In this document: piece after piece, positions 1 to 9,173 of the stretch
How the letters are laid out: every line of letters begins with the position of its first letter
Numbering within the stretch: position 1 is the stretch's first letter
DNA from: Candidatus Hydrogenedentota bacterium
GTDB taxonomy: Bacteria; Hydrogenedentota; Hydrogenedentia; Hydrogenedentales; SLHB01
Reading direction: 5' to 3'
DNA: 64,000 nt
Assembly (NCBI GenBank): GCA_963668025.2
Contig: CAXXTH010000006.1
Span: 1 to 64,000, forward strand
Program-made: the position numbers and the translations under genes
The notes under the pieces: model-generated
What the model saw: the letters and a program-made list of their open reading frames with translations, nothing else
Told to the model about the DNA's origin: nothing
Database searches by the model: none

Positions 1-952
1 GCACATCGGGATGGCTCGAACAGAGAGCTGCGTAATCGCCTTCAACCACCCCCTTCAACTCTGGCCGGGAATCATAGAAGGCGAGTGGCATGGCCCGGGG
101 TTCATTCAAATATAGGAAGACGCCGATATCGTGCTTGCGCGCCCGTTCAACCAGTTTTCGGAGGTTTTCAATGCGTGTTTCATAGCCATCACTTCGAGAT
201 GGCTCCCAAGGGAAGGGCGCAAGTGTGTATAAAACAGCCTGAAGCCAAACGCCGTTGACGCCCGAGTCAGCGAGCCGGGCTAGGTAGCCATCCGGAAAGG
301 GGTCAATATCTGGCTCGATGAGCGGATCGCCATAGAGGGCAAAATAGGAGGAACAGAAACGCTGCTTAAAGCTATTGTCTTTTTTAAGTGTCGAATCTTC
401 TGGTTCCGGGGGAGATGAAAGTTGTTCCACGAACCCGAATAGCGGCTCCTCCATGGAGCCTGCGCCCGCCGGGAATTCCTCCTTGAGTGTTTGTGCGATC
501 TCGCGTGCGCGCTGTTGGCTGGCCTCACTGGGTTCCGCATACTGTATCCGCTCACAGTGCGGCTTTAGGGAGCCCAGCTTCACAAAAAGAAAGTCATCTT
601 CACGAAGCGTGAACGCCAGTTTCTCCGGGGTCCATTCGAGAAGCTCAAGCAACTGTTCATACGGCAATAGATGCCAATTCCGACGTATTACCGTGATGTA
701 GGAGCGCCGTTGCTGCTCGGGAGTGACCGCAGGCGGCCCGGATAGTCCCATGGCTTTGCCCAGGCGCAGTACATCCTCGGGAGCCGCCCCTATTACCTTC
801 GCCATTTGTTCGATGGGAACAAGCTGCCAGTTGCGCCAGACGAAGGCATGCAGCGGATCGGGGAAATGCGGCATGGCCACTGGCTGGGGTGTTGGCCCTG
901 AAGGCAGTTCCGTGGCGCTTAACACAACACCGGCTAAGAACATGATCAGCAT
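1..952 (-). CDS. Partial secreted hypothetical protein, probable glycoside-hydrolase-like TIM barrel; runs off the left edge
   Basis: Not in the ORF track because no stop lies in the window. Manual translation from ATG 952: MLIMFLAGVVLSATELPSGPTPQPVAMPHFPDPLHAFVWRNWQ...YFALYGDPL...GVNGVWLQAVLY...IGVFLYLNEPR. Signal-peptide-like start; purine-rich RBS upstream. Confidence 0.8.
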   Translation of the reverse strand, partial: MLIMFLAGVVLSATELPSGPTPQPVAMPHFPDPLHAFVWRNWQLVPIEQMAKVIGAAPEDVLRLGKAMGLSGPPAVTPEQQRRSYITVIRRNWHLLPYEQLLELLEWTPEKLAFTLREDDFLFVKLGSLKPHCERIQYAEPSEASQQRAREIAQTLKEEFPAGAGSMEEPLFGFVEQLSSPPEPEDSTLKKDNSFKQRFCSSYFALYGDPLIEPDIDPFPDGYLARLADSGVNGVWLQAVLYTLAPFPWEPSRSDGYETRIENLRKLVERARKHDIGVFLYLNEPRAMPLAFYDSRPELKGVVEGDYAALCSSHPDV

Positions 953-1240
953 GATTGCCCCCTTTAGCGGTTCGCCTTTGGCGTGGCTCGAAAGACACGA
1001 TTCCCTAGATAGTCGGCTATTCGCAGCATATGCTTGAGCATAGATCAACCCCTAGCGGCAATCAAAAAACGATTAAGTCCAGACAACTATTAATTCCTAC
1101 GCATGCGTGACGTGATACACGGCGGACAAAAACGGGAAGGCCAAAAAAACCTTTGTTTTTCAAATAGAAATCGTTTACTATTTAGAAAGAGCGGCTTTCC
1201 GTATTTATGAAACGTAACGTTTATAACCGGAGAACGTATC

Positions 1241-4200
1241 ATGAAGAAAATCATTGCATGCTGCGTGTGTTGTTTCGTTTCCCTATATGTATCCGCAACA
1301 GCGCAAGTCATTGGCATCTTGAACGAGCCGGGAATAGCAGATGCTAAAGATAACGCGCCCGCTCATCCGGAACGCCTGCAAACACTCTTCCAGTCCCACG
1401 GATGGACGGCGAACCTGTTTGCCGCCGCTGAGCTGTCTGATTCGTCCAAGCTAAATCGAAACCAGATGGACGTGCTATTATTGCCATATGGCGCACGTTT
1501 CCCCCAAGAGGCGTCGGATTCCTTTCGGGCCTATGTGCGCGGCGGCGGGAAGTTCATTACGCTGGGTGGCTATGCGTTCAAGGAGCTAATGGCGCAATCC
1601 GGCCAGACATGGTCACCGGTGGATCTCAGCGCGGTAAAGCAGAAAACCAGCGCGTTCTGGCAATTCCGAGCGCCCCGCGCCGCATTCGAAGGAGGACACC
1701 GGGTAGCGCTCACGGTGTATGCGCGAGCCGTCAATGTCCAGGGAACCTTCGGATACATATCGCTGTATCAAACGCGGGCGGACGGCAGCATGGCCACGTT
1801 TAATGACAAACTCCAACTGAAGGGGGATATGGACTGGAAGGCATATGCCTTTGAAGATGAGGCGCATCCAGACGCGGCTTTTCTCGATTTTAAACTAGGC
1901 CTATATGAAGCCTCTGGGCAAGTCCTGTTTGATGATATCCGCATCACCATTGACGGAAATGTCTTGCTGAGTGATCCCATAGACGGCGCGGTGGATGCTT
2001 CCGGACAGCCATTGAACTGGAAGCCCGAAGGCTCTGTGGAAGCATGCACGGTGGCGCGGCAAAATGAGCGGGGGCTTGTCCTCCAGGTGGCCCATGATGC
2101 CGACGCATTGCGCCGTCTCGATTCATGCGAGCCTCCCGAACCGGGCGGGGGCATTTTCCTCAAACCGTGGCGTTTCCCGGTTTTTGACCTGGAATATCCT
2201 TTCGAGCATGTGGCGCAATTGAAAGGCGAGGCTAATGGCTGTGTGTTCTCTCCTGATATTGCCCTATCGCTTCCCATTGAAGGCTGGGCGGCCGTGGGCG
2301 CCGTCGTGGAACGTGGACGGTGGCGCCCGCTGATGACGGCATATGACCGGTATGGGGAAGCGCGAGGCCCCGTGATGGCGTTGATGCATGTCATACCGCA
2401 ACACGCCCCGCCAGTCGAGTGGGTTCATGGGCAATTGTCGGATTACAACGGCGCATCATGGGGATTTTGCGGTGTTACGAACCGGGATCTCTTCGACGGC
2501 GCACTGCCCGAGATGGATGCGGGACTGGTGCGTATGGCGGAATTGCTGCGACAGGATTGCTACCTATTTCAACCGGACTCCTCATTGGAAGTCTACCGTC
2601 CCGGCGAAACCGTGGAACTCTCCGTGGCGGCGTGCAATGGAGGCCGGCAATCCTTTGCGGGCGAAGTGGCGCTGGTGGTGGATAACGCCACGGGCGGCTC
2701 CGAAATAGTTTCCACCACACAGGCGGTGTCCGCTGCCCCCAATGAAATGCCGCGCGTGGTATTTACACTGGAGGGCATTTCCCTTACTCCTGGGATATAC
2801 CTCGCACATTTGGCCCTTCGACAAAATGACGATGTGGTGGACCATATGGAGTATTCATTCCGGGTCGCGAAAATCGAAGACAAACAGCGCGGCCCTGTTC
2901 TTCGGTATGAAAACAACTACTACCATGTCAATGGCCGTGCCCGTTTCATATCGGGCTGTGATGACTGGGGGAATGGCTGCTCGCAAGATGCACGGACCAC
3001 GGCGCGGCATGCCCAGATGCGCCGGGATCATGGCATCGATTTGTATGAAACCCTCGCGTCCACGACGGGGGAATTTGATGAAGCCGCATTGCGCCGCCAA
3101 GAGAAGGTGCTGCTGGCGCAACAGGACGCCAGGCAGATCTATATGATGGGGTCGTTCATTAGTATGAATGTCGCCGCGGACGCTGAAGCGCTCAAAGCCC
3201 AGGCAGTCCATGCAGGCCAAATTGCCCAGTATTTTGGCTCTTCGCCCAATTGGATGCATTATCTGAACGGGGATCTGCGGGTCATTCTTGACCCAAGTCT
3301 CAAAACCTTGTGGAATGAATATCTGCGGGAATGCTATGGGACGGATGAAGCATTACGCGATGCGTGGGGCGCTCAAACGGTTAGCTCCACGCTTGGAGAC
3401 ATTCCCATTGCCGACTTATCCCAGAATGGGTTGGGTTGGAGTGACATGCGGACCTTCGACGCCAATGCCTTCCGCGCCTGGCTGATCCGCCGCTGGTCAG
3501 GCGCTTTGGGGAAGGCGTCCAAAGCGCAAGCCCCCAACAGCCCTGTAATACTGGAGTTCTATGAATTTCCCTACGAAGGGGTGGATATCCCTTGCGGCAC
3601 GGAGCAGGTGGATATTTCTAACATTGGTTTTTTCGGAAAGACGAGGGATTTCCCTAAAACACTGGCATGTACGGACCAACGTTCACGTGGAAAATCATTC
3701 GGAGTAGGCGAATTCGGAGCCATCAGCCATCCTCTGATGGAGTGCAAGCCCACGGAGTTGGCCATTGGTTCGGCTTGGGATAAACAGCGCCATCATTTCG
3801 CCTCTGTCTTCCTCTCCACGTTGGGCATGGGCGGTTCCCATGTGCAGATGTGGTGCTGGATGAATGGCGATTATTATTATTTCCCCTGGGGATATTTACA
3901 TACGGCGGATGATGCGCCGAAAGACATACTGCGTTTCATGCGGGGCCTAAACCTATTCATGCGGCAGATTCCTGTAGGATACACGCCGCCCAAAGTGGGC
4001 TTCATCACCGCGGATCGTTTTCGTCTGAGTGGAAGCCAGGAAGCCCATGCCACCCATTACGCCGTGCGCGACGAACTGGGCTTTGCTTTGGGCGCCCAGC
4101 CGGGCGAATTGCTTACGTTGAATGAATGTGACTTGCGCATACCGGAAGGCATGCAGTTGATTTTGTATCCGCTGGCCTATTTCCCGCCCGATGAGGTGTA

Positions 4201-5191
4201 TGACGAGTTGAAGGGCTTCGTGGAAAAAGGCGGCGCATTGTATGTTTCGGGTGATGTTGCATGGGGCCGTTCCCATAAACGTACTAAGGCCGAACGCCTC
4301 GAAGCGTTGTGCGGGGTACGTTTTCTACAGCAAGTGGCGGAACCTTTCAGCACTGGGAACGCCCCGGAAGTATCCTATGCGGCATTGGCGGAGCCTTCAT
4401 TCTTCATGACTGGCGCGCCTCCCATGCGCGTGGAGCCTGCGGGCGCGGAAGTCTTGATGCAGACAGAGAAGGGCGAAGCCATCGTGACGCGGTTTCGACT
4501 CGGCAAAGGGCAAGTGATCTTTTCCTCGGACCCCATGGGCATCCATTCCGATGGCAAATTTGAGCAAAACGCCCAGTTTTACCGGCATGTCATGTCCTGG
4601 GCGGGAATCGAGCCTGTGCAAATTACGCCATACATTCCTTCTGTCCAAGTGTTCCGCCTCCCGTTAGCTGATGGCGGGAGGTTGTATGTCATTAACAATA
4701 TGGCCAATGGGGCCGGCGCGGCATCTTTTTCAATCACGGAGGCTCCACGGCCTATTACGTTGGTGGTAAAGCCGGAATGCGTGGGCGTGGCATGGTTTGG
4801 CCCAGACGGCGCTCTGCTGGGAGTTGGTGCGCAAGGCCCGGTTTCGCTGGACGGGAAACCGTTATTTGTACAAACTCCGGAAGCCTATTATCTGTCCGGA
4901 GATGGCCGCAGCCTGGAAGCCAGCACGCGCCTCATCGCCATGCCCATGGAGCCGGGTAAAATCGAGTATGTCCCCGCACATCCGTGGAAGATGCCTCAAG
5001 CGGAGGCAGGAACGGTTTCGCAAGATGCCTGGCGCGCGTATGAAGCCATCCCCGCAACGCAACAGCCGTCCATACAATTCGAGGTGGATACCCTGCAAGC
5101 CTTGAATTTAGTCGCGCTATCGGAGCAAGCGGAACTGCCCCAGTTGCGGGAAGATATTAGCCGGATGATTGCGGGCGTGGATAAACCGTGA
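1241..5191 (+). CDS. Large secreted multidomain GH42/beta-galactosidase-like protein
   Basis: 1316-aa ORF with signal peptide, CBM-like segment, GH42-like 'YLRECYGTDEALRDAWG', 'VGEFG', and trimerisation-like 'LKGFVEKGGALYVSG'. Confidence 0.7.
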   Translation: MKKIIACCVCCFVSLYVSATAQVIGILNEPGIADAKDNAPAHPERLQTLFQSHGWTANLFAAAELSDSSKLNRNQMDVLLLPYGARFPQEASDSFRAYVRGGGKFITLGGYAFKELMAQSGQTWSPVDLSAVKQKTSAFWQFRAPRAAFEGGHRVALTVYARAVNVQGTFGYISLYQTRADGSMATFNDKLQLKGDMDWKAYAFEDEAHPDAAFLDFKLGLYEASGQVLFDDIRITIDGNVLLSDPIDGAVDASGQPLNWKPEGSVEACTVARQNERGLVLQVAHDADALRRLDSCEPPEPGGGIFLKPWRFPVFDLEYPFEHVAQLKGEANGCVFSPDIALSLPIEGWAAVGAVVERGRWRPLMTAYDRYGEARGPVMALMHVIPQHAPPVEWVHGQLSDYNGASWGFCGVTNRDLFDGALPEMDAGLVRMAELLRQDCYLFQPDSSLEVYRPGETVELSVAACNGGRQSFAGEVALVVDNATGGSEIVSTTQAVSAAPNEMPRVVFTLEGISLTPGIYLAHLALRQNDDVVDHMEYSFRVAKIEDKQRGPVLRYENNYYHVNGRARFISGCDDWGNGCSQDARTTARHAQMRRDHGIDLYETLASTTGEFDEAALRRQEKVLLAQQDARQIYMMGSFISMNVAADAEALKAQAVHAGQIAQYFGSSPNWMHYLNGDLRVILDPSLKTLWNEYLRECYGTDEALRDAWGAQTVSSTLGDIPIADLSQNGLGWSDMRTFDANAFRAWLIRRWSGALGKASKAQAPNSPVILEFYEFPYEGVDIPCGTEQVDISNIGFFGKTRDFPKTLACTDQRSRGKSFGVGEFGAISHPLMECKPTELAIGSAWDKQRHHFASVFLSTLGMGGSHVQMWCWMNGDYYYFPWGYLHTADDAPKDILRFMRGLNLFMRQIPVGYTPPKVGFITADRFRLSGSQEAHATHYAVRDELGFALGAQPGELLTLNECDLRIPEGMQLILYPLAYFPPDEVYDELKGFVEKGGALYVSGDVAWGRSHKRTKAERLEALCGVRFLQQVAEPFSTGNAPEVSYAALAEPSFFMTGAPPMRVEPAGAEVLMQTEKGEAIVTRFRLGKGQVIFSSDPMGIHSDGKFEQNAQFYRHVMSWAGIEPVQITPYIPSVQVFRLPLADGGRLYVINNMANGAGAASFSITEAPRPITLVVKPECVGVAWFGPDGALLGVGAQGPVSLDGKPLFVQTPEAYYLSGDGRSLEASTRLIAMPMEPGKIEYVPAHPWKMPQAEAGTVSQDAWRAYEAIPATQQPSIQFEVDTLQALNLVALSEQAELPQLREDISRMIAGVDKP

Positions 5192-5197
5192 GACGCC

Positions 5198-6586
5198 TTA
5201 CTCCACTTCCTCGGCAAGGCGGTCGCGTTCGAAGATACGCACATGCCGCCATCCGTCAGAATAGAATCGCCAGAAGAGGACGCCGCTTAATATGATAATG
5301 TACGTCGTCGCCCCAATCCATGCGCCAATAGCCTCCAAATTGAAATAGGACGCCAGCAAATAGGCAGTGGGGATGAAGATCAGATAGCCCACGATGAAGA
5401 ATGCGCCCATCATCCACCGTGTATCGCCCACGCCGCGCAACGCGCAGATGCAAACAATGTTCACGGCGTCGAAGGCTTGGAAAAGGCCCGCGAGGATGAG
5501 CAGGATGCGGCCCAAGCGGATGACTTGCGGATCCTGGCTGAATATATGAATCAATACATCACCAAAAAAGATGAATAGCAATCCCACCATACCCATATAT
5601 ACCATGCCGATTCGCATGGCGAGATAGGTGCGTGCCTTTGCGATGGCAATGGAACCGCGCCCGAGCCATTGGCCCACAATAGGCGTGATGGCGTGGCCTA
5701 ATCCCACGATGGGCATAAAAGACACCTGCATGATGGTCACGGTGGCTGTATGCGCCGACAAGGACACCGTGCCATATCCGCCCACTAAAAAGGTGGTGAA
5801 AATAGTCCAATTAAAGACATCCACCAAGAAGGTAAGCCCGCCTGGCCAGCCGATATAAAGGAATTCCCGCACTTTCACCATATCGAGCCGCCAGGTATGG
5901 CGTGTGCCGAATTCTTCCCGGAAGCGGCCCGTGAGGAACACCCATTGCAATAAGAAAACCTGCAAACCCAGTGCGACATTCGTGGCGATGGCCGCGCCCG
6001 CCACACCCCATTGGAAGTAGCCATGCCAGCCAAACACGAACAGGAAGTCGAGGGGCGCATTCACTCCCGCCGCCAGCAATCCGATATACATGGGAACGGT
6101 TGGCTTGTTGACAGCCTGAAAGAACGACGAAAGTGCGGTCTGCCAGGCGATAAACGCGAAGCTGGCAAGGCGCACTTTGAAATAGACGCTCTCAAATCGG
6201 AGCACTTCTTGCGAATGTGGCATATATCTAAAAATGATGGTATCCGCGAAAGGCCAAAAAATCAGGGCCATCAGCCCGGTTGCTATCGCGATGTAAATGG
6301 CTTGCCAGGTGTAGCTGGCGCAGTCGGGCCGGTTGCCTCGTCCCAAGCTCTGGGCCGCGAATGTCGAAACACACCCCACAAGCCCGAGGAAGAAGGTCGA
6401 GAGGGTAAAGGTCCACAGTCCCGCCGTGCCCACGGCGGCCATCGCATCATCGCCTAGCCGGGAGACAATCCAGGTGTCGGTGAATTGCATGAGCGTGAAG
6501 GACAGAGTGCCCAGGATAATGGGGCCAGCCATGTAAAACAATTCACGAATGCCTGATTGCCGCTCTATATCCATTTGCCCGAGCAT
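5198..6586 (-). CDS. MATE family efflux transporter
   Basis: 462 aa, about 12 hydrophobic segments, 'DTWIVSRLGDDAMAAVG', 'GVAGAAIAT', 'ALRGVGDT'. Confidence 0.92.
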   Translation of the reverse strand: MLGQMDIERQSGIRELFYMAGPIILGTLSFTLMQFTDTWIVSRLGDDAMAAVGTAGLWTFTLSTFFLGLVGCVSTFAAQSLGRGNRPDCASYTWQAIYIAIATGLMALIFWPFADTIIFRYMPHSQEVLRFESVYFKVRLASFAFIAWQTALSSFFQAVNKPTVPMYIGLLAAGVNAPLDFLFVFGWHGYFQWGVAGAAIATNVALGLQVFLLQWVFLTGRFREEFGTRHTWRLDMVKVREFLYIGWPGGLTFLVDVFNWTIFTTFLVGGYGTVSLSAHTATVTIMQVSFMPIVGLGHAITPIVGQWLGRGSIAIAKARTYLAMRIGMVYMGMVGLLFIFFGDVLIHIFSQDPQVIRLGRILLILAGLFQAFDAVNIVCICALRGVGDTRWMMGAFFIVGYLIFIPTAYLLASYFNLEAIGAWIGATTYIIILSGVLFWRFYSDGWRHVRIFERDRLAEEVE

Positions 6587-6711
6587 AAGACCTCTATTGC
6601 ATCATTTGATTATGTAGATTTTCACCCCGCCGCGCATAGCGCGCATATACACGGGCCTATGCGCATTCTTCAGAGTGGAAATCGCTCCGTGGAAGTTGTA
6701 GCCTTCTATGC

Positions 6712-7173
6712 ATGGCGCGGGTGCTCCTGGATATCGACGATAGCATGAACCATCATACCTTGGCGTCCATCCTCAAGGCGGACGGCCATTCGGTAGTGGC
6801 GGCGGAGGCCGATGTCATTATAACCGATGACGCCCTTGCCGCAATCCCTCATGCGCGCACCGCGCCGACGCTCGTGCTCACTATGGCTTCTGGCCTGCGC
6901 GCCGTGGTGGCGGCCATGCGCCAAGGCGTGTATGGCTATATCTTTCTGCCGTTGCAAGAGGGCGAAACCGAGCTGATGGTCCGGCGCGCCTTAGGCGGCG
7001 CGACATCGTCTTCTCCTCCCATGCCGTCCACCTTGGCGGAAATGGAACGCCTGCATATTAGAACAGCCCTTGAATATTGCCACAATAACCGCGCGCAAGC
7101 AGCCCGCCTCCTCGGCATTGGACGCAATACGCTCTGGCGCAAACTCAAAAGCTTGGGCGAAGGCGGTGAGTGA
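6712..7173 (+). CDS. Degenerate receiver domain fused to a Fis-type HTH
   Basis: CheY-like N-terminus ('VAAMRQGVYGYI'); C-terminal 'NNRAQAARLLGIGRNTLWRKLK'. Confidence 0.82.
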   Translation: MARVLLDIDDSMNHHTLASILKADGHSVVAAEADVIITDDALAAIPHARTAPTLVLTMASGLRAVVAAMRQGVYGYIFLPLQEGETELMVRRALGGATSSSPPMPSTLAEMERLHIRTALEYCHNNRAQAARLLGIGRNTLWRKLKSLGEGGE

Positions 7174-7223
7174 ACATGCACCCACGTATTGTGTTTTTAC
7201 CACCAATTCGGTAGCATAAATCC

Positions 7224-8195
7224 ATGTTCAACGCATTGGCTTTATATCCCAACGATATCACTATGCGCTTTGACACCATGGAAGCGCTGGCGTCTGCTTG
7301 GGAAGAAGGCGAGTGCGTGGTGTGGGTGGATATCGAGGATCCGGAAGAAGAGACCATCGCGGAACTGGGCCGTGTATTCGAATTGGACGCGGAAGCCCTT
7401 GATGATTGCCTGCACGGAACGCCGCCCCCCCAGATCGATGAATATGAACAACATATGTTTATGATTCTGTATGGGGCTTTGGCTCCGGGGGACAGTTTAG
7501 CCTTTTCGCCAAGTAAACTAGCTATCTTCATGGGCGCTTCGTTCTTAATCACCGTACACGAAGAACCTATCCGCAGCATCATCGCGCTATGGGAACGCTG
7601 TGAGAAATACCCAGCGCACGTTCTAAAGGGCGGCGTGGACCATCTCCTGCATGCCTTAATCGATGGCATAGTGGATAATTACGCCCTTGTAGTGGACGAG
7701 TTGGATAAGCGGCTGGATGCGCTCGAGGATATGTCGCTTCTACCGTCCGTAAAAACAGAGGTCTTGAGCGTGCTGTCGGAGCTTAAGCGCGACATCATGG
7801 GGCTGCGCCGCATCGTGGCGTCGCAGCGGGCGCTCATGGAGCCTATCGCGCGCGGCGAATATGATTACATCTCGGATGACCTAGAGGTTCGGTTCCGCCA
7901 CGTGCAGACTCACCTCACGGCTACTTTGGAGCTGGTGGACAGTTTGCGCGAGATCGCACTGGGCATCCGGGAGAATTACAACGCCGCCCTCGCCAACCGC
8001 CTCAACGACATTATGAAGACCCTCACCCTCTTCGCAAGCGTCATCATGCCGCTCACGCTGCTTTCCGGGCTGTATGGTATGAACGTCCCCATTCCCGCCC
8101 AGGATAATCCGCTCATGTTTTGGCTGCTCCTAGGCGTCATGTCGCTCATCGGGGCCGGAATGTTCATTTTCTTCCGCTTCCTGCGCTGGATGTAG
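7224..8195 (+). CDS. corA: CorA family Mg2+/Co2+/Ni2+ transporter
   Basis: 'YGMN' signature between two C-terminal TM helices; 323 aa. Confidence 0.93.
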   Translation: MFNALALYPNDITMRFDTMEALASAWEEGECVVWVDIEDPEEETIAELGRVFELDAEALDDCLHGTPPPQIDEYEQHMFMILYGALAPGDSLAFSPSKLAIFMGASFLITVHEEPIRSIIALWERCEKYPAHVLKGGVDHLLHALIDGIVDNYALVVDELDKRLDALEDMSLLPSVKTEVLSVLSELKRDIMGLRRIVASQRALMEPIARGEYDYISDDLEVRFRHVQTHLTATLELVDSLREIALGIRENYNAALANRLNDIMKTLTLFASVIMPLTLLSGLYGMNVPIPAQDNPLMFWLLLGVMSLIGAGMFIFFRFLRWM

Positions 8196-8200
8196 CCGCT

Positions 8201-8851
8201 TTAGCGCGCGCGGGCCTGCTGGTCGAGCCACTCCAAAAAAGACTCGACGCCTTCGCCCGTTTTCGCGGAGGTGGTGAAGACTGGCATGCCGGGCACAATG
8301 TCTAGCACGTCCCGGCGCATCCGCTCGACATCGCACGACAGATACGGCAGCAGGTCGATCTTCGTCACGACAAAGGCTGAGGATACGCGCATGGCCTTTG
8401 GATATTTCGCGGGCTTATCATCGCCTTCCGTGGTCGATACGACTGCGACTTTAATGTCTTCGCCGATCTCGAAACTGGCGGGGCATACAAGATTGCCCAC
8501 ATTTTCGATGAATAAAAGGTTCACGCCATCCAGGGAAAACACTTGCAACGCGTCGCGGATCATGGCGGCGTCCAAGTGGCATGCGCCGACGGTGTTGATC
8601 TGGTAAGCCCGCATGCCGGTCTTTTCGATGCGGCGCTTGTCTTCATCGGTCGCCAGATCGCCCTCGATGACCGCCGCACGGCTTTTCACGTGGGGCGCCA
8701 AGGCTTCGAGTAGCGTTGTCTTACCCGAGCCCGGCGAGCCAATGAGATTGACAACGAAAATGCCCCGCGCTTGGAACATCCCCCGAAGTTCCTGGGCGAT
8801 CTCATGCCCCTTCGCTTGTACCTTCTCCTCCACCTTGAGTGTCTTCTTCAT
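8201..8851 (-). CDS. hypB: Nickel-insertion GTPase HypB
   Basis: 'GSPGSGKTT', 'GACHLDA', 'ENVGNLVCPA', 'EGDDKPAKYP', 'TKIDL'. Confidence 0.95.
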   Translation of the reverse strand: MKKTLKVEEKVQAKGHEIAQELRGMFQARGIFVVNLIGSPGSGKTTLLEALAPHVKSRAAVIEGDLATDEDKRRIEKTGMRAYQINTVGACHLDAAMIRDALQVFSLDGVNLLFIENVGNLVCPASFEIGEDIKVAVVSTTEGDDKPAKYPKAMRVSSAFVVTKIDLLPYLSCDVERMRRDVLDIVPGMPVFTTSAKTGEGVESFLEWLDQQARAR

Positions 8852-9095
8852 CTATTTCGATCTCCTCGACGATGAGTTCCGACCCCAGTTCCCCATCTTC
8901 CACCATCTCGATCCGCGCGCCATTCATTACGGTATCCACCGAAATGGCCTCTAGACAAAACCGCAAACTGGCGGGCTCGAGTGCGAGCGCCTCGCCCGCG
9001 CGCAATCGGACACGCACGACTCGAGCATCTGGATACGCCCCCGCCTCCCGAATAATGCATTCAAGAATCTGTTCCGCAAATGACATCTCGTGCAT
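8802..9095 (-). CDS. hypA: HypA-like nickel metallochaperone lacking the Zn-finger
   Basis: Start refined to the 'MHEMS' Ni-binding motif at 9095; 'LEPASLRFCLE' present; no CxxC pairs; overlaps hypB. Confidence 0.85.
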   Translation of the reverse strand: MHEMSFAEQILECIIREAGAYPDARVVRVRLRAGEALALEPASLRFCLEAISVDTVMNGARIEMVEDGELGSELIVEEIEIDEEDTQGGGEGTSEGA

Positions 9096-9173
9096 GGCCC
9101 AAGCATACGCCACCAGCAAATGAAGGCGCAAGAATGCCGTATTACTGGCAAGGCCATCAGTCATACCGTCTTA

